Below the pieces are notes generated by a model. The model was not told the DNA's origin, did no database searches, and saw only the letters and a list, made by a program, of their open reading frames with translations. From assembly GCF_004010195.1 (NCBI RefSeq), contig NC_057746.1, forward strand, positions 16,812,820-16,876,819: a stretch of 64,000 nt of DNA, read 5' to 3'. Positions 50,412 to 62,000 of the stretch are shown piece by piece. Within the stretch, counting starts at the first letter, position 1, and each line of letters begins with the position of its first letter. Both the position numbers and the translations under genes were made by a program. The DNA comes from Chiloscyllium plagiosum. Lineage: Eukaryota.

Positions 50412-51300
50412 GTACTTGGAAGAGGGAGTCAAAGCGTGGGTCAGTAAATTTGGAGTTGTGGATAGTGAGGAGAGCTGTTGTCGGCTGCAAAGGGACTTAG
50501 ATATGATGCAGAGCTGGGCTGAGGAGTGGCAGATGGAGTGGCAGATGGAGTTCAACCCTGTCAAGTGCGAGGTTGTCCATTTTGGAAGGACAAATAAGAA
50601 TGCAGAATACAGGGTTAACGGTAGGGTTCTTAGTAAGGTGGAGGAGCAGAGGGATCTTGGGGTCTATGTTCATAGCTCTTTGAAAGTTGCCACTCAGGTG
50701 GATAGAGCCTGTGGTGTATTAGCGTTCATTAGCAAAGAGATTGAATTCAAGAGTTGTGAGGTGATGTTGCAGCTGTACAGGACTTTGGTAAGGCCACATT
50801 TGGAGTACTGTGTGCAGTTCTGGTTGCCTCACTTTAGGAAAGATGTGGAAGCTTTGGAGAGGGTGCAGAGGAGATTTACCAGGATGTTGCCTGGAATGGA
50901 GAATAGGTTGTATGAGGATAGGTTGAGAGTGCTAGGCTTTTTCTCATTGGAACGGCGAAGGATGAGGAGTGACTTGATAGAGGTTTATAAGATGATCGGG
51001 GGAATAGATAGAGTAGACAGTCAGAGACGTTTTCCCCGGGTACAACAGTGTTACAAAGGGACATAAATTTAAGGTGAAGGGTGGAAGGTATAGGGGGGAT
51101 GTCAGGGGTAGGTTCTTTACCCAGAGAGTGGTGGGGGCATGGAATGTGCTGCCTGCGGGAGTGGCAGAGTCAGAATCATTGGTGGCCTTTAAGCAGCAAT
51201 TAGATAGGTACATTGATAGGTGCTTAAGCCAGGACAAATGTTCGACACAGCATCGTGGGCCGAAGGGCCTGTTCTGTGCCGTATTGTTCTATGTTCTATG
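50412..51300 (+). mobile_element. 5'-truncated CR1 LINE
   Basis: WQMEFNPVKCEVVHFG, LYRTLVRPHLEYCVQFW, RSDLIEVYKMI; (ttctatg)n tail. Confidence 0.92.
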
Positions 51301-52038
51301 ATACAGCTTACAGACTGACAGAGACGGTATTGTACAAGACACAGTGCACAGACTGAGAGGGACAGTGTCAGTACAGGACACCGCTCCCTCACTGAGAGGG
51401 ACAGTGTCAATATAGGATACAGGTCAGACTGAGAGAGACTTGCTTCACATGAATCTAACTTGCCACCTGCCAGCCCAAACTTTCATGTCGTACCTGTTTC
51501 TTGATATACAAATACATGGACTGTTTCAGTGTCTGGGGTGTAACAATTGGTACTAAAAATGTCCCTACTTCTGACATTAAGTTGGAGAGAAGGTCATTGA
51601 TGAAGCAGTTTAAAATGTTTGTGTTGAGGACAGTTATCTGAGGAACTCCTGCAGTGGTGTTAGTGGCTGAGATAGCTGTGTTCATACAGTTTGATGACAG
51701 ACATGACGAGTTTTGAAGCAAAAGTCTTCAACATTAGTGCCAGTATATTGTCAGAATCCACAGCCTTTGCTGTGTATTCTGTAGCTTCATCTGTTGCCTA
51801 ATATCACATGTGGCAGGGGTTTGGAAGCTTCCTTGGACACAGAATCTTTTCATTCATTTAAGTCATGTGGTCATTTTGGGCTAGGTCAGCAATTCTTGTC
51901 CAGCAATTGCTGTGGGTCTGGATTTATATGTCGGCTCAGACCAGGAAAGTTTGGAACATTCATCCCTTAAAAGTAATTAGTGGTTTAGTTGTTTTTGTAT
52001 CATAACAACTGAGAATGACCCTACTAAACCCCCTACGA

Positions 52039-52355
52039 AGGGCAGCACAGTGGCACAGTGGTTAGCACCGCTGCCTCACAGTGCCAGAGACCAAGGTTCA
52101 ATTCCAGCCTCGGGCAACTGTCTGTGTGGAGTTTGTACATTCTCCCAGTGTCTGTGTGGGTTTCCTTCAGGTGCTCCAGTTTCCTCCCACAGTCCAAAGA
52201 TATGCAGGTCAGGTGAATTGGCTGTGCTAAATTGCCCATAGTTTTAGGCGAAGGGGTAAATGTAGGGGAATGGGTCTGAGTAGGTTGCTCTTTGGAGGGT
52301 CGGTGTGGACTTGTTGGGCCGAAGGGCCTGTTTCCATACTGTAAGTAATCTAATT
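52039..52355 (+). mobile_element. Full-length HE1-like SINE
   Basis: A box tggcacagtgg, B box ggttcaattcc, CR1-like tail gggcctgtttccatactgtaagtaatctaat. Confidence 0.9.
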
Positions 52356-52444
52356 TAAACTCGGTTTGAATTCCAGATTTATTTTGAATTCAATTTGCTG
52401 TCATTAGGGAGTGCAAACCCATGTCTGCAGATCATTAAAAACTG

Positions 52445-52600
52445 AAAGAATTGTAGATGCTGTAAATCTGAAACAAAACAGAAGTTCCTGGAAAAGCTCA
52501 GTACGTCTGGCAGCATCTGTGAACTGAAACGTTAACTCTGATTTCTCTGCCCAGATGCTGCCAGAGCTGTTGGGCTTTTCCAGCAACTTCTATTTTGTCC
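52445..52600. mobile_element. Degenerate palindromic Penelope-like insert (older subfamily; similar copies at about 22490-22580, 39950-40100, 47095-47185, 53428-53512, 63250-63385)
   Basis: Inverted arms gcagatgctg...ctggaaaagctcag / ctgccagagctgttgggcttttccagcaacttc. Confidence 0.6.
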
Positions 52601-52774
52601 CGCATCATTCGCCTGCCATGAGAAACTCTGTGACATCACCACTAAGTCACCATCTCTAATGGAAGATTACACTTAAAAATGTCTGCTCTAACAGTCTGTG
52701 AATATTGGCATAATTGGAGCTTTGGGGTGTAAGATTGTGATTTTTAACTTTCAACATCAGTGGGCGTCTGTTCC

Positions 52775-52842
52775 ACCGAAGTCTGATGACTCACTGAGTA
52801 TTTTCATTCTGATTGGTCCCAAAATATCATTGACCCAATCAG
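52775..52842 (+). promoter_or_regulatory. MHC class I promoter, copy D: X/X2 (CTGATGACTCA), Y box and inverted CCAAT
   Basis: ctgatgactca 52783-52793; CTGATTGG 52809-52816; CCAATCAG 52835-52842; spacing conserved with copy B. Confidence 0.7.
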
Positions 52843-52971
52843 TATGAAGGCGCCTGAGTGCACAGATACAGGGTTTAATATCAGTCTCGGACACCGTTTC
52901 ATAGACTGAGAAAGTCCGCTAGAATATGATTTCTCACCAATTTCTCCTCCTCAACTGCAACTGAAATCGCA

Positions 52972-53020
52972 ATGATTGGACTGTTAGTGCTGGGTCTTCT
53001 GTGTGGAAACCTTTGTGCCG
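52972..53020 (+). CDS. MHC class I copy D exon 1 (signal peptide)
   Basis: ATG ATT GGA CTG ... TGT GCC G|gtaagc. Confidence 0.85.
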
Positions 53021-56000
53021 GTAAGCAATGTGATATGGGGGTTGGTGGTGGTGTCAAGCTGGGTACGGACCTTGACTACTTCCGCAGATGAAGCTGAAAG
53101 CGAAACGTGAAATTTCTCCTTCCCCTGAAAATAGGTTAACAAAATGCCTTCGAGAAAGCTTCTCTTTATATCATGATCTCATGTTTTAAAAATTTCCATT
53201 CAGCCTAACTGGTACTAAAACTCATCGAATAGCCCGGTTTATACTGGATAGGCCTTTATGAATGGTGATCCTTTTGTGATAAAGGAAGCTGTTATTCATG
53301 TTTGCGAGCGCACTTCCCCATCTCTAATAAATCAGAACTCAACAGATTATTTCCAAAGTTGATTGTCGTAGAATACTTCAGCAATGCCCCATTCTTTACC
53401 CTATTTACCAAGTTTATACATTACAAAGGGAAAGTGAGGACTGCAGATCAGAGTCAAAACCTGTAGTGCTGGAAAAGTACAGCAGGTCAGGCAGCATCCA
53501 AGGAGCAGGAAATGTAGAGTACAGAACGGACACAGACCCTTCGGCCCACTTGACCGTGCTGACCAGGTTTCCTGAACTGAGCTCCTCCCACTTGCCTATG
53601 GTTGGCCCAGACCTCTCTAAACCTTTCCTAACAATGTACTTGCCCAAATGTTTCTTTTAATGTAGTAATTGTAATGACCTCCCACTTAGGTTACGTAGAT
53701 TGGCCCTTAAGTGTCCAGAGATGTGCAGGCTAAATGTATAGGCATGGAAAATGTGGGATTGTGGGAATATCGTGATGGATGGGTCTGGGTGGATTGCTAT
53801 TTGGAGGGTCAGTGCAGACTTCATGGGCCAAATGGCCTCTTCCTGCAGTGTAGCGACTCTGATTCTATCAAATGTGCAGAAAGTGATTTCTGGAATGTCT
53901 CCTGTGTTAATCGCAAACTGGATTCTTCTTGTCATCTTCACTTATGAAAACAACCAGACTGCTAATGTAAAATAAAATAACTTAACCTATGCACCCCTCA
54001 ATTCCCTGCTATCCATGTGCAACTCCAGCAGTCGCTTAAATGTCCCTTATGGCTCTGCTTCCACCACCACTGCTGGCATTCCTTTTTGTGTAAAGAACCT
54101 TCCTCTGATGTCTCCTCTAAACCTTTCTCCTAATATCTTAAAACTATGACCCCTCATGCTAGTCAATCCTGCCCTGGGAAAAGTCTCTGGCTATTGACTC
54201 TATCCATTCCTCTCATTATCTTATATACCTTGATCAGGTCACCTCTCTTCCTCTTTCTCTCCAGAGAGAAAAGTCCGAGCTTCATCATCCTCTCTTCATA
54301 AAACAAGCCCTCCAGTCCAGGCAGCATCCTGGTAGACCTTTGCACCCTTTCCAAAGCTTCTGTATCTTTCCTAACATCTACCTGGTCTATGACAATGGAT
54401 TAAATCACTATTCCAGAAGACTTGCTGACCTTTCATTTCCAAAGCCCTCAAGTTAACAACACCCATGTACCTCTATTTTGAAATCTGAACTCAAAACTGT
54501 TATGAATACAATATATACAAACTGTACCTTTCATCATACCAGGGTTGACCCTTAGATTGGTAATTGGTAAAGTAGTTGATATGATAAGCCATGAGGTTTA
54601 TAGATGTTCCAGCTTATAGTTTTAAGTACTTGGAGTCAAACAAAATGGAAACCGACCCTTCAATCCAACTCAAAAATGCCAATCAGGTTTTCCAAACTAA
54701 AGTACTGCCAATTGCTTGCATTTGGCCCATATCCCTCTAACCTTTTCTATTCATGTCCCTGTCCAAATGTCTTTTAAATGTTGTAACTATACCTGATTTT
54801 TCTTCTTTATCTGGCAGTTCATTCCACATGTGAATCACCCTGTGTGGAAAAAGTAGCCCCTCCAGTCCCTTTCAAATCTTTCTTGTCTCAGCTTAAAATT
54901 GTCCTTGAGTTTTGAATTCCCCTACCAGAGGGAAAAGACATTTGCTCTTCGCATCATGATTTTATAAACCTCTCTAAGGTCATCCCTGAACCTCCTCTGG
55001 TCCAGACAAGAGTTCCAGCCTTTCCTTAGACCTCTAGACCCTCTAGTCCCAGTAACATCCTTTGTAAATCATTTTTGCACACTCTCTCCAATTAGTTTAT
55101 ATCCTTCCTCTAGTAGGGCAACCAGAACTGCATACAGTGTGCCAAAAGTGGCCTAACCAAAATCCTGTATCGCCATAACATGATGCCCAACTCCCATACT
55201 CAATCCTTAGACAATGTCTTCTTCACTACCCTGTCTATCTGTGATGCTACTTTCAATGAACTATGTAACTGCATTCCTAGGTCACTCTACTCAAGAACAC
55301 TCCCAGGATTCACTATTAATGGTGTAAATCCTGCCCTTGTTTGCCTTACCAAAATATCTTGCCTCACATCTATCTGGCTTAAACTCCATCTGCTAAACTT
55401 CAGCCCACTGGCCTAGGTGATCAAAATCCCATTGTACTGTTAGATAACCTTCTTCACTATTCATTAAACCATCAATTTTGGTGTCATCTGCAAACTGAGT
55501 AACCATGCTTCCTGTGTTCTCATCCCCAATTCCTGAAGATCACTGTTCTGCTGCTGATGGCATACAGTGCCTCGTTGGATATCTTGTTTTCCTCTTTGCT
55601 GACTGGCTTAGATTTCAAACAAAGTGGTCATATCACAACAGAGTGGTGGGTGTTCTTAATGTGAAGATAGAAATTCAAGGTTTTAAAGGTTTTGTTTCAC
55701 TCTCCAACTCCAAATTTCCAGTATAAGAATATGTATATATAAGAAATATATGCCACTGTTTCATGGTACAGAATTGAAGTACTGTTTGTAAAAAATAAAA
55801 CAAAAAAAGTTCAATTCAACAGAACTTGCTCATACATTTCTTTGGTCAAGGCATAGATCATTGGCCTATGAGAATTAACCTGGCTTGATTAATAACTTAA
55901 AGCTTTGATGTGAATTGTCAATCTGTATTACTGGATGCATTCTCCATAGTCATAGCCTTATCTACCTCTAATATCTGACATCATCTGCCTGTTATCCATA

Positions 56001-59000
56001 AATTTTGATGTCCATGCAGATCAAAAACTCAGCTTGAAATGTTATCATGTCCCTGGACCATTACCAAGTGCAAACATGGTACACCCCCTTCTGTTCAAAA
56101 AGATGACTTTGCTCCATGTTAAAATATTTGTCACAAATTGCATGACTTATAAGATGGCCAAGTTGGGGAATCTTCACAGTGGATTGCAGAGGGAATTGAG
56201 GGAGACAGTTTCTCATCTTCATTGTATGGAAATATGGAAAAAAAACCTCAAAACAAGAAGAGCTCAGACCCTGGTCTCTGAATCTGACTCAGCAACAAAA
56301 CCGACATATTGGAATGTGTTGTGATGACAAAGGTGCTAAAACTATCAATCAGCAAAGACTTGTTCCATGGATTTGACTGAGGATATATAACCTCCTTTGT
56401 GATTGTGAACAGTTTGTTTTGGACCATCCTTTGTTCTGTTGATGGGAGAAAGTGAGGGCTGGAGATCAGACATAAGAGTGTGGTGTTGGAAAAGCACAGC
56501 CGGTCAGGCAGCATCCGAGGAGCAGGAGAATCGACGTTTCGGACATAAGCCCCTCATTCCTGATGAAGTGTTTATGCCCGAAACATCAATTCTCCTGCTC
56601 CTTAGATGTTCCCTGACCGGCTGTGCTTTTCCAGCACCATGTTCTCAACCCTTTGTCCTGTTGTTGGCCAGTTTCATTTGACAGAAATTCCTCTTTGATT
56701 TTTGGAGACCTTTAATAACACATTCTGAACTTCTGAATCAGTCTGTTCCCACTGGCCAAGAAAAATAACAAACTGTCTGGGTTAACAACTAGAACTGCCT
56801 GAAAGTTAGAGCCTCAACCTTTTTCTTCTGAAGAATCTAGAATTAATTTGAAAAACAAACTGTTCCTCTACTTACAAAATTGTGAGAAACTGCCATTTTC
56901 ATCCTGCTGCCTCCTCACTAACCTGGAAGGAATTCTTAGAATTCTTGACTTAAGTTGTTTGGTCTCTGACCTTCAGGTGAACTGATAGAAAACACACACA
57001 CACACACAATGTTAGTGGAAATGGCCATTAAGTGGCTGATGAATGTGAGTATTGAGAAGTGCAGAGTTATACATTTTAGCAGGAAGAAGGAAGAAAAACA
57101 AAATAAACCATTAATTTTTCAATCCTGTGCAGGAACAGACCAGGAGTTGTAAAAGTCATTGGAAGATTCGGGACTGGGGGACAAGTTCAGAAGGTGGTTA
57201 ATGTCACCAGTGGGAACCTGTGCTTAATAAACACAGGTGCAGAGTGTACACAGAAGTTTCCCTCCATGTTTAGTTGGAGTTTTTGTGATTGGTGTTTAGG
57301 GATTCATGTCCTGACATCTCACTCTCTCTCTCTCTCTCCATTTCAGACACTCACTCTCTCCGGTATTTCTTCACTGCTATGACTCCAGTTCCTGCTTTCC
57401 CGCAGTTTGTGATTGTTGGTTATGTGGATGGAGTCCAGTTTGTTACGTACAACAGTGATCAGAAGAATTTGATCCCCCGGGAACAGTGGATGGTGGAGAG
57501 CGAGGGGCCTGAGGCCTGGAAAAGGAAACTATCCCTTGCTCGGGAGCAGGAAAGGAATTTCAAAAACGCTGTCCTGAGCTTGAAGTCACGAAACAACCAA
57601 ACAGATGGTGAGTCCTCCCTCTTCAAAAGCTTGACAGTTTCCTGTGTGATCAGGTTTCGGTGAGAATAGAAAGAAACCAAGAGTGGATCAGAATCTCTAA
57701 CCAGAGCCTGATTTTCTGTGGTTGGCACCTCCCACTGACAGTGTCTGGTAGCTTTTGTTTCTGATTGACAGGGATGACTGTCTCTGATTTTCTACAGAAA
57801 ATGGCTGAGTAGGATACTTCAGGCAGATTTCCTCTGTTCTGTCTTTTCCTTCTCTTCAGTGTTTTTTATTAAACATTTGCTCAGAGGGGAATGACAGAGA
57901 CAAGTCCCGGACAGGAGGCTGGTGTGAGGAGGAGATGTCCTTGCAGACTGGCAGTGAGGCCTTGAGTTTTGAAGCTTGGTGCTGTTTGGAGACTTTGCCC
58001 TAAGCAGCCTGGAGGCTCGGTGTTGGCAAAGACTGAGGTGAAAGGATTGTAAATAGTGTTTTTAATCTTAGATTTTTTTTAGATTACTTACAGTGTGGAA
58101 ACAGGCCCTTCGGCCCAACAAGACCACACTGACCCTCTGAAAAGCAACCCACCCAGACCCATTCCCCTATATTTATCCCTTCACCTAACACTACTGGCAA
58201 TTTAGCATGGCCAATTCACCTAACCTGCACAATTTTGGAATGTGGGAGGAAACCAGAGCACACGGAGGAAACCCACGCAGACACAGGGAGAACGTGTAAA
58301 CTCCACACAGACAGTTGCCTGAGGCAGGAATTGAACCCGGGTCTCTGGCACTGTGAGGCAGCAGTGCTATCCACTGTGCCGCCCACCTGGATTTTTATTA
58401 TTGTTTCATTTTTGTACCCAAATATTAAGTATCTATAGATATTTTGTACCTAACGTAGTGCCAGAAGTGGTGACATTGCAAACTTTTCACTGCATTTATT
58501 CGAATGCATGTGACAAGAAAGCTAATTCAATTCAATTTGATTGGCAACTTGTGTTTCTGATTGACAGGGATCCATACGTATCAAATGATGACTGGCTGTG
58601 ACCTGAGTGATGAAGGGATGACAAGTGGATTCAACCAATATGGATGGAATGGACAAGACATCCTCAGCTTGGATAAAAATCATATGGTGTGGGTGACCCC
58701 AGTCTCCTGGGGAGAAAGTATCAAGAACAGGTGGGACCAGGATGTGGTGGACAATCAGCGGTGGAAGCATTACCTAGATGTGGAATGTGTTGATTGGCTG
58801 AAGAGATACTTGGAGTATGGACAGCGACAACTGAAAGTCGGTGAGTGTGGGGGGAGCCAGTAGGCAGTGAGGAGGGAGTGAGAGTCTTTGAAGGGTATGG
58901 TGCCCTGGCAGTGTATCTTATCATTCCTGCAGTGATGCCTGTTTCTGTCTCCCTTAGTTCCCCCTGATGTGTCCTTTACCCGTCTGGGTGATTCTAACTG

Positions 59001-62000
59001 GCTATCCTGTCTCGTCACGGCGTTTTACCCACAAGCCATCGAGGTGACTCTGTGGAGGGACGGAGTGTTGATCGATGAGACCCTGTCCACTGGGATCTTA
59101 CCCAATCACGACATGACCTACCAGATCCGGAAATGGATAGAGTTTGATCCGGAGGATCAGGCTGAGTATTCCTGTCAGGTGGAGCACAGTGGACTGGAGG
59201 AGACGCTGGTGATAATTTATGGTAAGACCATTTCTCACTGTCAGAGAGGAGCCAAACATAAACCAGGATTACAGGAGAGGGGATCAGTGCCGACCTGCTT
59301 CATCAGGACAGGGGCTCACATCATTTCTTTTTAGAAAACCGTAATTGAGGCCGTTTTCTGATACCCAGGTGCTCTTAACCTGCTGTTATATTCTGGGATA
59401 TAACAGAATGATAGGACCTGTTATATTACAGTGTATTATCATTGTGTACCAGGGATACTGCAGTACAATGGCATTAGTGTATCCTGATGTATAATGCCAT
59501 CCAACACCTAACATATCAGGAATATTACAGAATTAAAGTCCAGGGTGCACTGTGTGATTATTGGGTGGCATGGGACCACAGTGGTTAGTAGTGCTGCCTC
59601 ACATTGCCAGGGACCTGGGTTCATTTCCAGCCTTGGATGTCTATCTGTGCGCAGTGTGCTTGTTCTCCCTATGTCTGCATGGGTTTCCGCGTAGTGTTCT
59701 GGTTTCTTCCCATAAGCCAAAGATGTGCAGGTTAAGTGGATTGGCTGTGCTAAGTTGTTCCTTTTAGAATGTGTAAGCTAGGTGGGTTAGACATTGGTAT
59801 GTGGAGTTACAGGGATGGGTAATGGGATGGATGCTCTATGTCGAGTTGATGTAGACTCAATGGGTCAAACGGCCTCTATCTGCACTGCAGGAATTCTGTA
59901 ATTCTGTGATTATGGTATGATGTTGTAGCCTCTCCGTTTGCCAAATTCATCCAAGCCCTTTGGACAGCTTCCAAGCTCTCATCCACTTCACCAAGAAGGA
60001 TATGGGCAGTACTTACAGGGGAACAGTACTTCCTGTGAATTCTCTTCCAAGCTATTCGCCATCCTGCTTTGTAAATATATTACCATTCATTTAGTGTTGC
60101 TGGGTCAAAATCTTGAACTCCTTTCGTAACAAATTTGTAATTCTACCTTTAGCAGTTCAAAACAGCAGCTCACTGCCATCTTCTCAGTGGCAACTGTGAA
60201 CGGGCAATAAATACTGGCCCAGCTACTGATGCCCATGTTTTGTGTGTTATGTTTTCACAGCCCAAAGGTGTGCAGATGAGGCAAATTATGCTAAATTACC
60301 CAGAGTAACCAAGGATGGGTCTGGGTGGGATGCTGTTTGGAGGGTTGGTGTGGACCTGATGGACCAAATGGTCACTGCCCACATTGTAGAGATTCTATAT
60401 TTTGTTACATGACAGTCCAATGTATCCTGGGATATTCATGTCCAACAAGATGTAGTATATCCTGAGAGATTATGGTGTGGTAGCATCCAGTGCATTCTGG
60501 AATTATAGCTCCATCTATATAACATGGTTTTAAAATATTTTTGTGATGCTAAGAAATCTTCTATTTTTGATTTAAATGAAATCAAACAAAGTCAGCATAG
60601 ACTGAGAGGAAATATTATGGTTGACCAACTTCACTGAAGTTTTTCATGTGGGATCAGACTCGTAGCAGTAATTTTATGTATGTATTTTGTGCAGGTTTTT
60701 AAAAAACATATTAAATACTTCCATAACAGAAGAATAAATTCATTCAGAGAATGTGGAAAGAGTGGAAATGTCGTGAAATTAATTGTTGGGTGGTTTCAAG
60801 ACAAGAAACAGATCTGGAAATAATGGATTGTTAGAGCTTCAAGATGCAGGAATTAATGTTCCACAAGGACGAGTGATAGAAACATTGCTGATCACAATTT
60901 CCAAGAATGACCTGGACTTTGGAATCATGAAATCCCAGATTGCCCCCTGTGTCTTCACTGGATTTCTGAAATGATTCTGAAATTAATGATTCAGCATCAT
61001 TTACTGTCTTTTTCCAATAGAATTTAAAATCTTCTTTATAAATGTAAATTTAGAATTAACTTTCCATTTTCATTTACAGATAGCAACAACATGCAATCTC
61101 AAGAAGTCAAGTTTCATGTATTCTAACACAATCCTTGGGAATAGGAGACAGCAGAACCAAAATCTCACAGGAGGCACATGCACACTTGGCCAGACTGCTG
61201 AGTGTTACACTGGAATAATCTAATCAGTCAGTCATTCTGCTGATCAAAATACAATTCCTAAATTTGCAGATGACACCACATTGGGGGATAGACCAAACTC
61301 GTGAGATCTGTAACAAGTTACAAGAAAAAGTACTAAATGTTAAAATGAACAAGTTATTGGCAAATGAACTGGAGGAACAAAGAGATCCTGAACAAAAATA
61401 TACACCAGTTACGAAATGTTTTTCCACAGGTTAGCAAGGTCGCAAATCAAAGCATGCAATATAATTATCTAGAGAGGGAACTAGTTGGTAGGTGATGCTA
61501 AATTAATCTTGAAGTGTGATTGACTCCACATATGGAGTACTGCAGATAGTTGTGATCACCATATAGAAAAGATATTGAGACATAAGAGAAGATGCAGAGA
61601 AGATTGACAATGATGATATCAGAAATGTGAGAGTATACATATCAGGAAAGAATTGACATGCTGGATCTCTTCTCTCTTGAATAATGGAGACTGAAGAGTG
61701 ACCTAACAGAGACTGTAACAGTAGGCAATAGCAAATTGAGAAGAAGCTTCTTTGGGTAAAGAGTGGTGGGAATGTGGAACTTGAAGGCACAGGAAGTGAA
61801 AAAGGAAAGTAGAAGGAAATAGAGGGAAACAAAGAGAGATTTAGTTGAGGAATACTGGGAGGAACCTCCTAATGGTCGGTCTCTCTCTCTCTCTCAGTCC
61901 CGACATCTCGTTCCCAGGTTCCCATGACTGTCGGGATTCTACTTGGGGTCCTTGGGATCGTTGCTCTTGCTGTTGCGGCTTTCTTCATCTACAAGAAGAA

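Larger units (their letters stand above)
49420..51440 (+). repeat. Degenerate 39-bp minisatellite (ggacacagctcacagactgagagggacagtgtcagtaca), split by SINE and CR1 insertions
   Basis: About 15 units at 49420-50036, more at 50365-50410 and 51300-51440; produces the 13-aa periodicity in the spurious ORF 49569-49835. Confidence 0.9.
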
